The notes under the pieces were generated by a model. The model was not told where the DNA came from. It saw only the letters and a list, made by a program, of their open reading frames with translations, and searched no databases. Position numbers and translations under genes: made by a program. Below are positions 36,482 to 49,197 of a DNA stretch of 64,000 nucleotides, piece by piece. The stretch spans positions 3,906,001 through 3,970,000 of the forward strand of contig OZ234494.1 in assembly GCA_965153455.1 (NCBI GenBank), in the 5' to 3' direction. The DNA comes from Sphagnum compactum. Lineage: Eukaryota. Each line of letters opens with the position of its first letter. The first letter of the stretch is position 1.

Positions 36482-39400
36482 TTTTTTTTTTTCTTTGTTT
36501 TGACACAAATGGAAAATCCATTGCAAAACGTGAACCAGTACACCACAAGGCCAGGGGGACACCCAACCCCGCCATCAAGAACCACACACCTACCAAAGGA
36601 CACTACTACTACTACTGTAAGGTGGTTATAGCACCACCTAACTTTACACCCATCCCTAGTGCACATGACATGGTGTGGACCCACACCTTGTCAAAAGCCT
36701 CCAACAAGCTCGCCTCATAGGTCAGATTTCTCTTCATCTTTGGAAGTGTTGCCACTCCAATCTACCATAATTCAGAAGACCATCATCCCACATAACTTTC
36801 TTAAGTTTGTTATCGTGCCATCTAGCACCATTGAGACTTAGATCATTCCTCTCAAGCCAAATTGACCATAGGATTAAGGACCAAAGAAGGTTGAATTTTC
36901 TAAATTTGCTAGGCAATTTCTTATTAAACATACATTGTTCAAGATTGAAGGGCCTCCAAGTCGAGCTAGCATCTATGGGAGACTTGGAGTCCATTCAAGT
37001 TTGGGTCCCACAAATCTCCTACTTGTTGTAACCTTGTTGCATGTTTATTGAAGACAAAGTATGGAGGTACCATATTCTAAACCCTTAAAATTAGAACCCC
37101 ACCATAAGCTAACCTTTTTAATGGATTCCACCCATAAGGGAGGGATGAATTGCAATTTGTCGACAAAGTGCTTCCACGCTTCATAATTTGCCCCCATACT
37201 TTAGAACTTGAACTGGAAACATGTCTTTTGACCATAACCCAATTAATATCATGGCTCCAATTCTTGTGTCGAAAAGGCTTACATCTAGTTAATTTAAACA
37301 TAAGCAAGGATTTGAAATTCGAGTCCCCTGGTTAAAAGGCAGTAAGGACCCACTTACACAACAAAGCTGATAGAACATTCTCCGGGTCAATTAAACCCAA
37401 CCTTCCAATGTTTTAATGTGCATAACAATCCCCCCAATTGACCCTCACTCTTGCATGATGACCACTTTGGCCCATAGAAAATTCCTTATTAGAATTTTAC
37501 ATTTCTTGATTACTTTCTTCATACCTTCCTAGACCTTAATGAAAAACCATAATGTGGATGCCAACACAGAGTTGATGACTTTGGCCCTACCAACAAGAGG
37601 CAAATGGAGAGTGCTCCAATACTTAAGTTTCTTTAGTAGTTTTTCAATTAAAAAAACATCCATCTCCTTGGTATCTAAATTCAACCCAAAAGGCACCCCC
37701 AATCGCTTAACAAGCTCCCCATCCTTTGTCCACATCCAATTAAATTCCTCTGTCATTTAGGTTTTTGTCTCTCTTTCCTTGTTTGTTGCTCTAGTAGGCC
37801 ATGGATTTGTCCCAATCGATATCCAATCCACTTATAAAAAGGAAATTGTTTAGTATTATAACTATAGTTCACAAATTCCCTTCCTTTCCTTTCATCAAAA
37901 TTGCAATGTCGTCCACATATTGAAATACTATCTGTTGCCTTCTACCTCCGAGAAAAAGATTCCCTTGATTATTCCCTTGCTTGTAGCTTCCTTCATCATG
38001 AAATTAAGAACTTCCCCAGTTAAAATGAAAAGGTATGGAGCCAAAGGGCATCCCTGCCTTACCCCTCTTTCCACTTTAAAAGAACTAGTAATGCCCCCAT
38101 TGATACAAACTATTGCTTCCATGTCTTGAAACAAAACCTTCACCATGTTTATGAATTCAACTGCCATCCCCATTTGTGAAAATTCCTCTCTTATTACCTC
38201 CCCCCAAAAAAGGTAGAACTTTACCACAACCCCATTTGGGCCTGGTGATTTGTTTTTGGCCATGGATTTTGTGGCTAGGTGAAGTTCCTTCATTGAAATT
38301 GGCATAACTAGCCTAGCATTCAGCTCATTAGAAAAAAAATTGGGCAATAATTCCAGAACCCTAACTTTCATTTCTATTTGTTCCAAGGTTTCTTCCTTAA
38401 CTTGGTACAATTTCTTGTAAAAATAGTAACAAACAATTTCCAAATCCTCCTTTCTAGATGCCACATTACCATCCTCATCTTTTAGAGCGGAAATCAAAGT
38501 TTTATTAAGTTTCGGCTTGATACCTAAGATTTTTTTTAAACATCGTATTACTTAATTGTTTCCACCTAATTCTAACCCGCAACCTCTATCTGCAGCTTTC
38601 ACATCTTCTAATTCTTGTATTTTACTTTTTAAACTCCCCACCTCTAACCATTTCAATTTGTCTTACCTAATTTTTGCAAATATAATTGTGCTATTTCTAG
38701 CTTCTATTTGAGTACGACTTCCTCCTTTGAAATTCTATGGCTTAATTGCTTTATGCATTTTTGTGAAGCAAATGACTCCTAATTGAGATTGCCAAATTTG
38801 TTGGATTTATTCCTTGACTTCCTTAAAGTGCCTTGTATTCATTTTCCAACAAGAGCTCTTTGTTGGCATCTCCATTAGTTCCATGGCACAGGAAATGGGG
38901 TGGTGATCAGATCTAACTTCGTCCCTTCTGATTGTATAATGGACAATCCTATTAGCTTGGTTTTGGAAAAGGCCCTTGGCAATGTAAACCTTATCTAATC
39001 TAGCCATGATTCTAATTTCCTTTCCAAGCCTTTGATTATCCCATGAAAATCTTAGGCTACCTTTTGCTCCTGGAGGTTCATGAAGATCAAAAGCAAATTT
39101 TAAAGGTTCCCATGAAAGCCTTTCTTTGGCAAAAATTAGCTTCCCACAAAAGAAAGATTTGTCATCTTTTCCTTCCACCATGTTCAGGTCACCACAAAGT
39201 AGCCAGAAGCAATCCCTTGACACCTTCTTGTTAATTGCCTCCCAAACATTCCCTCTATTTATTGGATTGTTTGGCACATACACATTGATTATGCCCAAGT
39301 TCCCACATGGCAACCCTTCTAGCCTAAGTAATTGCACTCTGTTTTCTACAAGAACCTTATATTCCAACACAACTTTGATTCCATCAAGATACATGTTCCA

Positions 39401-39590
39401 CTTTGACCTACCCTACCCTATTGCAACTTAGACGTATAACCTTCTTCTGTTTTTGCAATCCAAAGCCTTGCTAGGAAAGGTGTTCCCAGCTAGAATATAC
39501 CATAATCATTGAAATTGGTTAATTAAAAAATTTGATCAGGTGCCAAGAAAAGACCTGCCCATTGACATTCTTCAACGAGAAATTGAATAC
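36482..39590 (-). mobile_element. L1-type LINE ORF2 (EN-RT-C-terminus) with A-rich tail, decayed and internally deleted
   Basis: SLKNVNG start (~39570); EN motifs INVYVP, CGDLN, ARLDKVY, SDHHPI; KSPGPNG; GVRQGCPLAPYLF; QYVDD; WSIWLERN; T-run on + at 36482-36492. Confidence 0.93.
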
Positions 39591-39599
39591 CGTTCTCAA

Positions 39600-40400
39600 C
39601 ACATGGTAATTACAAGTTTTGTCAAACCCAAAATTCTTGTCCATTGCATTGCTGATTGGGTGGGGTTCATGAATGCGACGGCAAAAACCAGGGTGATCAA
39701 TTTCTGAATGGAAACAAGGAGGGGTTTCATATTCTTAAGTTCCAAAACACTTGAACGCACCAAAAAACTGCTAATGCTGATTCCACACCATGGGCTACTA
39801 CAATTTACCAAGAATGGATGCCTAGCTTTAATCCTAAACTCCCACAAGGGTTGAAGATCCCTAGGGGTCTAATGCACTCTCAAAATGCTCCCATTGGAAT
39901 ATAGAACATTGGAAGCAAAAATTGTTGCTCATATGGGCAAAGTTCTCGAAAAAGACCTTAACAATCACAAAAAATGCAAAACCTAGGTTTTGCGTTATGA
40001 TGGACCTGATGAAGGGATGGGTTGCAACAATTGGCTTGTAAGGGTTGAATGAGGAAAATATAAAGGTGGTTGTGGGTTTTTAAAAATATCCTATCAAATG
40101 CCACTTTTGTGGCAGTCTGAAACTTCTCCTAGCGGATTACCAATCTTTTTTCGCTTGTAAGACCTCAATCAAGCAGTCCAAGGGGTTATACAACTGACAA
40201 TAGTATAGCACAAGAGGGAAGGAGCATAAGGAGGTGCTTAATACAAATGAAACACAACCCAACATAAACAAGGGGAAGGGAATGTGTCTTGTGGCAGAGC
40301 AAAATCCACTTAACCAAAGGGCTAAGCCATTAGTTGATGCAAAAGGGTTCACCAAAGTAGTCAAAAAGTCGGGACAAGGCCAAAGAAAACATCATTAAGA
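39600..40400 (+). mobile_element. LINE ORF1 fragment (DUF4283-like plus zinc knuckle), opposite in orientation to the adjacent ORF2
   Basis: Plus translation TIYQEWMPSFNPKLPQGLKIP...LKMLPLEYRTLEAKIVAHMGKVL...PRFCVMMDLMKGWV...YPIKCHFCGSL, the plant L1 ORF1 pattern. Confidence 0.8.
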
Positions 40401-41978
40401 GAGGATTTTCCATTCCAAATAAAGGGGGTATAAAATATGGTGATGTGAACATTTTGAAGGAGGAATACCACACATAAGAGAAGTTGTTTGGAATTAGAAA
40501 CAAAGAGCAAAAACTATTGCAGAATCAACTATCAAGAGTTTTAGCTTAACTACCTAGTTAGGTTGTAATTAGGCTAAGCTATGTTAGTTAGGTTAATTAG
40601 TTTGTCTTGAACCGGTTCAAGTGTGAACGCGGTTCAAAATATTTGGTTTTTGGGTAAAATCCCATGGAGTGTCATCTCAAATCACTTTTGGTGATTTGAG
40701 ATTCCAGACATAGTTGTTTCATGTTTTTGTAGGTTTTGTGTTATGCACGTATTTCATTTTTGCTTTACAAATTTTTTATGTTTTTCGTTTTTCATTCTAC
40801 GTTTTGGGCTTGGATTCTTATGTGTGTTTGTAAGTGAGCTTCGTTTTGAATCGCCAAAAGTTAAATTTAGTTTTGTTTGGTGTAAAAAACTAGATTTTTG
40901 TTTTTGTTTTAACACTATTGTTGGTAAGCTTCTAGCTTGTGTGTAACGTTGAGTGATGGTTATTTTTATTTATTTATTTATTTTTAAATTCTAATTTTAT
41001 TTTCCAATTTCCATATGAGTGGAAGGTTTTCATCCATAATTTTGGATGAAATGGGGTTCATCCAAGTAGATGGGTTTTCATCCATAATTTGGATGTAGGA
41101 AATTTTCATCCAAAGTTTTCATCCTTTTCTTTCTTTTTTTTTAATTTTTTAATCCAACGTTTGGATGAAAATTTTTCATCCATTTGTGATTTTGGGCAGG
41201 CCATATCTTCCACATACAAGTTAGGATTTCGACAATTCTTGTGTCATTGGATTCATTTCGGCAAGCTCCACGCAACAACGGGCCTGCAATTAGTTTTGGA
41301 GATTGTGATTTTGGGAGTCCAGAGACTAATTTCCTTATTTTGGAAATTGATAACTCCCGCATACAACACCTATTTTGGGTGTCATCTTCACCATTGTTCT
41401 TGTGGTGAAAGAGACTTTAGGAGGTTTCAGCCAGGATTGGTGGAGGGTCATGTCTAACCCTTTTTTTAATGGTGTGGCGTGAGGGGCACAAGGAGGTGTG
41501 AGGTGTGCAGGAAGGCATGAAACACAAGAACAACACACGAGTGATTTACATGTAAGTATTTTTGATACCCACAGGTGGTGGAGCGCCATGCCATCAAGTC
41601 GTGTCATCAACTTTTGAATTTTTGCATACATGTTATTGTAAGTCTCCAAGCAGAGCTTATAGGGGTGGAGGCGTGTCTATGTTAAAGAGTTCCTCCCCCT
41701 TGTGTTGTGGGTTTTTGCACCTATTTCCTATGTCCGTGTTTGGGATTATTAGTTCTTTATCAGGGGGTAGGGAAATCTATTAGGTTGTGTGCCTTCGAGC
41801 TACATCATAGGGTAAGCACAAGCTCGTGTGATAATTTCTTGCAAATTTGTGCATATTGTTTAGTAAAAAACCTTGGGTAAAAGCCACGAGCCTTCCCACG
41901 TGTGCTGGTTGCAGCACGTAGTGAGCTTAGAGGTTGTAGTTGGCGTGGTTAATGGCCGGGTATGGGACAAAGCTACCA

Positions 41979-42797
41979 TGACGCGCTCCTAAGTCCCTTG
42001 TTGAACCCACTTGAGGGTCCAACTATATGGAGTTGCGGAAAGTTGGGACTTGGGGGCCGCTCCCGACTTCCAGCACTAAAGAGGAGTAGAGGGGCGTGCT
42101 AGAAGTCCCGGGATTAAACTAGGAAGAGGACAAGCGTTTCACCTACTCAAATCTGCATCAAAACCAACCCCAAGTTGGTTAGAACTCATTCTGCACCCTT
42201 TTGGTGTTGGGACAAGCCACGGGCTAACTCGGACTCACTTGACTCACCACGGCCCGGACTCGGGGGAAGCCACCACCTTCCCCCATATAGTATACTCTGC
42301 AACTCTCCGCCGAGGCTACATCCGAATGGCACTTTTTCCCGGGACTCCCAAGTTGGAGTCCTGAAACTGTCCTGGGTTGGAGTCTCGGAACTTTGGGAGC
42401 TCTTATCTCCCGGCTCCGACCTCCGATTGGAGTGAAGTCTGAACCAAAGTTGTAGCCCTCTTCGAGAGCTTTCCAACGCCATGTCGCACTCCTTCAGGCG
42501 ACGTCGGGAAAGGGTCGATTCCCGACTTTTAGTGGTCTGGAGTCAAACTGCCAGTTTGACTCCCGGCCCTTCTTTTGCCCATAACTTGGGCTGCAGATGT
42601 CCAAATTGCCAATGCGAGGGCATTTTAGACATCTACACTTCAAGACCTTTCCATTGATATAAAGAACACCCCAAGGCGAGGTGTTTTGACCCCTTGTAAT
42701 CGCTTCTGAAGTTTCGGGAGTCCCGGAGGACTCCAACTTCCCACTTTTGGGAGTGTGGGCTTCACCCTCACACTTAGCCCAAAGTGGGGTTGCGACA
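41979..42797 (-). mobile_element. Solo LTR (819 bp) with 5-bp TSD
   Basis: TACCA|TGACGCG...GTTGCGACA|TACCA; TG..CA termini; orientation taken from the PPT next to the 17134-17953 copy. Confidence 0.95.
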
Positions 42798-43281
42798 TAC
42801 CACCTAGCTCTGATTACTAAATAGGTCCAACTTGACCCATGATTTGTCCAAACATAGGTATTAGGGTTTAGTGGTGGGTAGGTTATACTTGGTGTTTATC
42901 TTTATTGTTGGGTGAAATCGAGTTGATGACTGATAGACCCATTATGGCGGTGAGATTGGGATAATGACCGGTGAAATCACATTTCTTATTTCTACGATTG
43001 TGAAGGCCCTAAGTGTGTGTTTGGCCCTGTAGAACGTTTTTCTGGATGTAGGTGCCCTAGCCATATAGGTGCAACAACCCTAGTTATCATTTTGGTTTGG
43101 GGGATTTTAGGGTTAGGGAAAGCTTCAATAGGTCAGCATCCTTGTAGGATTAGTTAAGCTGATACAAGTGTAACAATCTTGGTCACATTGGGGTTTCAAG
43201 GTTATAAGATTCAAGGGTCCAGGTTCCAGGGTTATAGGTTTAAGGTTTTCAGGAGACTTGGATTAAGGTTAAGGTTTCATC

Positions 43282-44450
43282 ATGAACATGTGTCAGGATT
43301 TGGATTTTGAAGATAGGTTACCTAGAGGATTTACTAGGCAGGGGGTGTGGTTCCAACGACCTACCCCACCTACATTATCACCTGATGGAAATTCCTTAGA
43401 TTCTGAGGTAGAACTATCACCGGAAGTGTTGATACCACTTGTGTGGGACATGGAGGACATGTATGGCGCCTCCAAGGGGCCCTGTTGATTTTTGGGGGTG
43501 GTCGGCACCATCAAATTGGATGATTTCATCCAGGAGTTTGATACTTGGTGTGATATGTAGTAGTTGTGAAATCCTTAGCAATTTACACCTTTCCTAACAT
43601 GGAAAGGTTTATTCTAGCATCTAGATGGACCACCCATGGATGACTATCATGAGTTTTGTGATGCCCATGAGACTAACATTGAGTAGTGGCGCTAGTATAG
43701 GTCGCCAAATTACTTTTCCATCACCAAAGGTCGGCTGGTTGCATCGACACCTACACGATTGACCACTATCACAGGGGCTAATGTAGGTCTTTTTGCTCAT
43801 GGAGGTGGTGGCAACAACTTTATTATTAGGGGATAGGTTTTTGTTTTCAACCCTATCACTGAGTTCTTTAAAGAGCTTTGCACCAATTACCAGGGTGTGA
43901 AGACGGAGAAACTCCGCACATTGTAGGAGTTTGAGCGTCATCCTCGTGAGAGTTTGCGGGAGGCGTATACATGAATGCATAAGTTGATCAATGTGACTAA
44001 GGGGGTCATAGAGGCCCATGTTATCTAGTTTTGGCAAGGGGCCCAAATAGGAACTCGATGGGGGTTTTTCGTTTTACTTGGTAGAACAGAGGGGGGAGGA
44101 CAAGTGTTGGAGGTGTGGTGGGCCACATCAGAAGAAGGTTTGCCTTAGTCCTCCTTAGGTGACCACCTCCAACCCTAATCCCAACCAACCTTGCTCCCAT
44201 TGCAAGGCGTATGGCAATGATGCAGACCATTGTTTCACATTACATTCAGAGTTGTGACAAGGTCAATCCTAGATGGGAAATGCGAGAAGTCCCCAGGTTT
44301 TGGAAAAGGCCAGAAAGTGAAAGCTACGACCAATAAAAGGCTAGCCACTAAGTCAGATCCAAACCAACCCAATGTCATGGAGGCATGGTTTGCATGTTTG
44401 GAGGCACTGGTGATGAGTATGGCATCTAGCATGGCAACATAACTGAAACC
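43282..44450 (+). pseudogene. LTR-retrotransposon gag-like remnant with two zinc knuckles
   Basis: KLDDFIQEFDTWCD..., L*EFERHPRESLREAY.. (gag-like), CWRCGGPHQKKVC (~44105) and CSHCKAYGNDADHC (~44192); many CAG>TAG and CGA>TGA-type stops. Confidence 0.7.
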
Positions 44451-45329
44451 CACAACACCTTCGCTAGGTGATTCTTTAGCCCAAGGTTTTGACCTTCAAT
44501 TTTTCTATGGGGTTGGATTCTCAGGGCCATTATGTCCATATGAGATCAAAGCAGGTATTCCTGATGATCATGTTTCAGGGAAGTTGGTGATAAAACCTTG
44601 GTTAGGGTTTCGACATATGTATTAATTACTAGGGCAAGTGCTGGAATGCAAGAACCATGAAATGCTAACGAGAAATTAGATCCTTAGCATAGGCAGCATA
44701 TTTGATCCAATAAAAAGTTATTCTTCAAATATATTTTACAAAACACATAAGATAAAAGGGCATATTTTTGGTATGTTATGAAGTAATACAATATTTTTTG
44801 AAAATCTATTAAAATTGAATATGTTTCAAGTATATTCTCATAATCCAATTTTTAAAACTATTTACATTTAAATTTTTATTTATTTTTCAACAAGTTACAC
44901 CTTTTATTTTTTTGCATATTGTTTGGGAAAAAAATGGAAATAACTTCCTTTGGATTCAACCACATCACCTTGAGTAGAGTATCCAATCCTTATAAGGATT
45001 CCCTCCAATTAAGCAATTTTGGTTTTTTTTTTGGAAAATTGTACCCATATGCATCAACCTTAATTATAAACACAAACCCACCATCAAAACACTTTTAATA
45101 AAAACAAATGCATGTATGAAAAAAAAAAAAATACTAAAATGAATAGGAATTTACCTATAAAAAATGAGAAGAAATCAAATTCTTTTATAAAAAATCCCCA
45201 CTTTTCAATGAGATTATAATATTCATCAATCATAATAGACTTTAGAGTTAAAAAATTAATCATATTTGTAGGCTTGTTGGGTCCATCACAACCAACACAA
45301 ATATTGTCAAGTCTACTTTTGATCACCAA

Positions 45330-45480
45330 AATGAAGTGATCCAACAATCCCCAAAGGTGACTACCAAAGGTTTTTGATAACACCAACAACTAAACACTTG
45401 ACAAGCTAAGAAAGACACATGCAGAAACTACATTGCATGTTGTGCCCACCAAACTAAGGTGTTTTCACACTTTGTTGATT
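45330..45480 (-). pseudogene. hAT transposase dimerisation-domain fragment
   Basis: LVWWAQHAM*FLHVSFLACQV resembles the PL.WW...FP.L..LAR motif. Confidence 0.55.
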
Positions 45481-47315
45481 GCATATGTGACCATTGAAAT
45501 GATTATACAACTAATTATTCAAGTAGAACAACACATTTTGGGTTTTGTAACTAGCTAAATTACAATTACATACTAGTTAGGAAGGACATATGCAACTAGT
45601 GACTAATGAGTTGCTAAACCCATTTAATCACAAGGGACATTTAGTTGCAAAGCCCAGTCATTTTAACGATTACGATTTTTTAATTTTCTTATAATAATGA
45701 AATTCCTGGTCATCGTTAACTTTGAACACACATGTAAAGTGCATGCCATTTCAACTTAGTTGTTTTATTCAACTAAATGTTACAAAAGACACCTTGGTGA
45801 ATGGATGACATGTGTAAAAAATTGATGAACCCGCAAAATCAAATCTAAATGATGCTTCCTAAACCATTGGAACCACTTTCATCCCAGAATCTTGTTCCAA
45901 AAGGGAGTTGGGAGTTCTTGTGTAATTTTAGCAACCTTCAACCTCAATTGTGTGAGTGTGATGGGGTGCTTATTCCTTGCATTTTTTTAATATACTAGAC
46001 AAGTGCTTCCTCCTCCTTTATGCTCAAGATTCTTGCTTTACCTTTTTTTCTAGTTTGAGTAATCCCATACAAATAGTTCCATAATGAAGTGAGAAGCACA
46101 CCCTAAACATGGCTTGCACTTTAAATTTTTGAACCAGCTTCCACAGTGTCCATTACACAAGCCAAACTATTGTTGTCATAGTTTGCATTTTTTCATGGTT
46201 TTTTTTTGCCTTGGAGTTTGTCTAGCAAAGCCATCATTACTTGATGCGTTGCGTGTCACATGGTCCCTGGTTCCACTGAATGATTATCGATATGCGTCAT
46301 TAGGACCTTGCACCATTGGTCGACTTGATTTCGATAAGGTCAGATCAATCGGAGTTGTATAAATCATTGCACATGACCAAAAGTTTACTTAACTCAACTA
46401 ACCAAAAGTCAACGTAATTTAACCTAATTAGGCTAGCTACTTATGCTAGGCAACCTAAGCTACCTAACATAGGCTAGATGGCCTAAATAAAAAACAAACG
46501 TTAGATTCCTAGCCCAAGAAGCCTAGACTAGGCTACCTAACCTAAGCCAAGTGGCTTAGGTATCATAGGTTGCAAGAGCGAGAAATTATGTAGGTATCAT
46601 TTTTGTACAACTAATGAAAAATGGCCACCTCACCAACAAGTACAATCTACACCCTTTTCCTTTCATTCTTGTGACCCAGTTTGTGTGCTTGGGCTTTACT
46701 CGAAAGGTTTGCACATTGGATATGTGATCAAGTCAATGTCTATTCAATCTATGGGACTTGACTGATAGAGGTGCAAGAGGCTGTAGTTGCGTTCGGTAGA
46801 CGATCAAAAGGCGATTTCTCTATTTGCACACATTCAAATGCACAGGCAGGATTGTTTTCTTTTGAATCCGCAACACTCTCTCTACTTATGTCATCATGTT
46901 CTACTTTTGTGTCTAGAAAGAGCTTGAGGATTTGAGATTTTCTTATAAGGTTCGCCATGCTGCAAACATGCATGCTGTTCCTAGAATGGTCAAAGTGTAT
47001 GACCCAATTCTGTCACTTAGTGTACCTTGAATGCACAAGTTGTTGTAGCCGCTGTGATTACGTGGCAACCAAACTCCAACATTCATCAACCCTTTGGTGT
47101 CCAATTATTGATATGAATTAATTGCATGGTGATTTAAGGGTGTGCATAAGGTGCATTAAATTTCTGGCACTTGATTCCATAGATACCAACAACTTGTTTG
47201 GTTCTGGCTTGCCCAAATCACTGATCTTTCCCTTAATGAACTTGATTAATATACTAACATTTCCCATGCTGGTAATAGATGTGTTTGGGATTCGGCCTTT
47301 CTACGTTAGCTTCAA

Positions 47316-48042
47316 CTAGTGGTAACCCGTGCCTGCAAGGCATGACACGGCACGACATTATATTTTCATCCACATAATCATCCATCCAGAACTCCTAATT
47401 GGATAGAATTATATAAATACATAATATTTCATCCACATCATCAATCCATCCAGAACTCCTAATTAGATGGAACTCTAAATACGCAATATTTTCACCTGCA
47501 TAATCATCCATCCAGAACTCCTAATTGGATGGAATTACAAATACATGATATTTCATCCAAATAAATCACCATGCAAAACTTATCATTAGACGGAACTTAC
47601 GAATACATAAATATTTCATCCACATAATCAATCCATCCAAAACTCTAAGTGGACAAAACTACAAAATCTTTTAATATTTCATCCACAAATCATTCCTCCT
47701 AATTGGACGGAACTACAAATACATGATATCTCATCCTCATAACCACCCATCCAGAACTCTGAGCTCATTGGACGGAACTAAAAACGTATAATATTTCATC
47801 CACATAATCACAGAACTGCCGGGTTTTCGTGCACAGAACTGCCGGGTTTCACGAAAACCCGGAAAAGAGGAGCCAGGCAGGTTTTTGGGTGGTTATTTTA
47901 CTTTTACAATTTGGGATCTGGGTTTCAGGACCTCGACCAGACGGACAGGCGGGTCCCGATCTGGGTTTCAGGACCTCGACGGACGGACAAGACCTCGACT
48001 TTCAGGACCTCGACGGACAGACAAGGCACTTTATATATAAGA
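47316..48042 (-). mobile_element. Non-autonomous Helitron (727 bp)
   Basis: Minus strand A|TCTTATATATAAAG ... CGTGCC-N-GGCACG hairpin then GGTTACCACTAG|T; inserted between A and T with no TSD. Confidence 0.85.
47358..47812. repeat. ~60-bp minisatellite (about 8 units) inside the Helitron
   Basis: ATATTTCATCCACATAATCA(A)TCCATCCAGAACTCCTAATTGGA.GGAA.TACAAATAC repeated. Confidence 0.9.
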
Positions 48043-48700
48043 TATATATCCATCCAAGGTTCAATGGGTGGCCCCTTTCGGCACAAAAATAAGTGACCGA
48101 TACAGGCCACTGTCCATTTAAGCTTTACTTACCTTATATTGTTGTAAGTTTGATGAAAAAGTAGAAAAACTATTTCACTTGTGGAGCTATCTCACAATTT
48201 TGCCTTTAAAAATCCCTAAAAATTCTTGTGTAGCTGTAGCTTGACCTAAATTTAGGTCAAAATCTGGTGACTTTTGGCCTCTGAGAAAACGCTGGACTGG
48301 GGATCATACCATTCTTCTTCACTCTTCTTTTGTTTTTTGTTTTTTTTGTTTTGTATCCCCCAATTATTTTTGGTCTTGGAATAAAGTCTTACAGGTTTAC
48401 AGTTATAAAACATTGGAATGTTTACCATGGCACTAATGTTGGAGCTTGCGTGCATTCTATATTTTGGACGAGTATAGTAGTCAAATAGTGTGAAACTCGG
48501 TTTAGGCTTGTAAATGCATACAGCATAGTATGAGTATAGAAGGGCAAGGCAAAAAGGAAATGACTTTTTCATTAGAAGCCATAATGATTGACTCAGGTGC
48601 TAATATTTAAACTGTCCCTCACTTTATAATGTGAACCTTTTCACATTTGTGGGTCGGTATGGGGAATAACTAAACAATTTATGTGGGATATGGTAATCAC

Positions 48701-49197
48701 TATTGAAACGTATGTATAGAACGTGCGTATAATACACTCGTATTATACATTGTATAATACTAACGGCTACTTTTCAAATATACAGAAGTATTGAACCGTA
48801 TGTATAGAACGTGCATATAATACATGCATATAATGCATATAATACATATAATACACGTATAAAACATTTATATCGATACAAAAAAAAAATGCTGTGACAT
48901 CCGTGGCATGGTGTTTATCAGAAGGCGCACTCAACAAGACTCATTGACCAAGGTTTTGTTGAGTGCGCCTTCTGATAAACACCATGCCATGGATGTCACA
49001 GCATTTTATTTTATTTTTGTATCGATATAAACATCTTATACACGTATTATACGTATTATACGTCAAAAAAATCGAAATGTGTTAAACACGATGCTGTGAC
49101 AGCATTTTCTTTTTTTGTATCGATACAAATGTTTTATACGCATATTATATGTATTATACGTTAAAAAAAATCGAAATGTGTTAAACACGGTTCAATA
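48701..49197. mobile_element. hAT-type MITE with 8-bp TSD and internal long hairpin
   Basis: GTAATCAC|TATTGAAACGT ... ACGGTTCAATA|GTAATCAC; 11-bp TIR with 1 mismatch. Confidence 0.85.

Noticed and set aside
42175..42736. ORFs of 80-98 aa (also 17334-17587)
   Set aside because: They lie inside LTRs and are spurious GC-rich frames.
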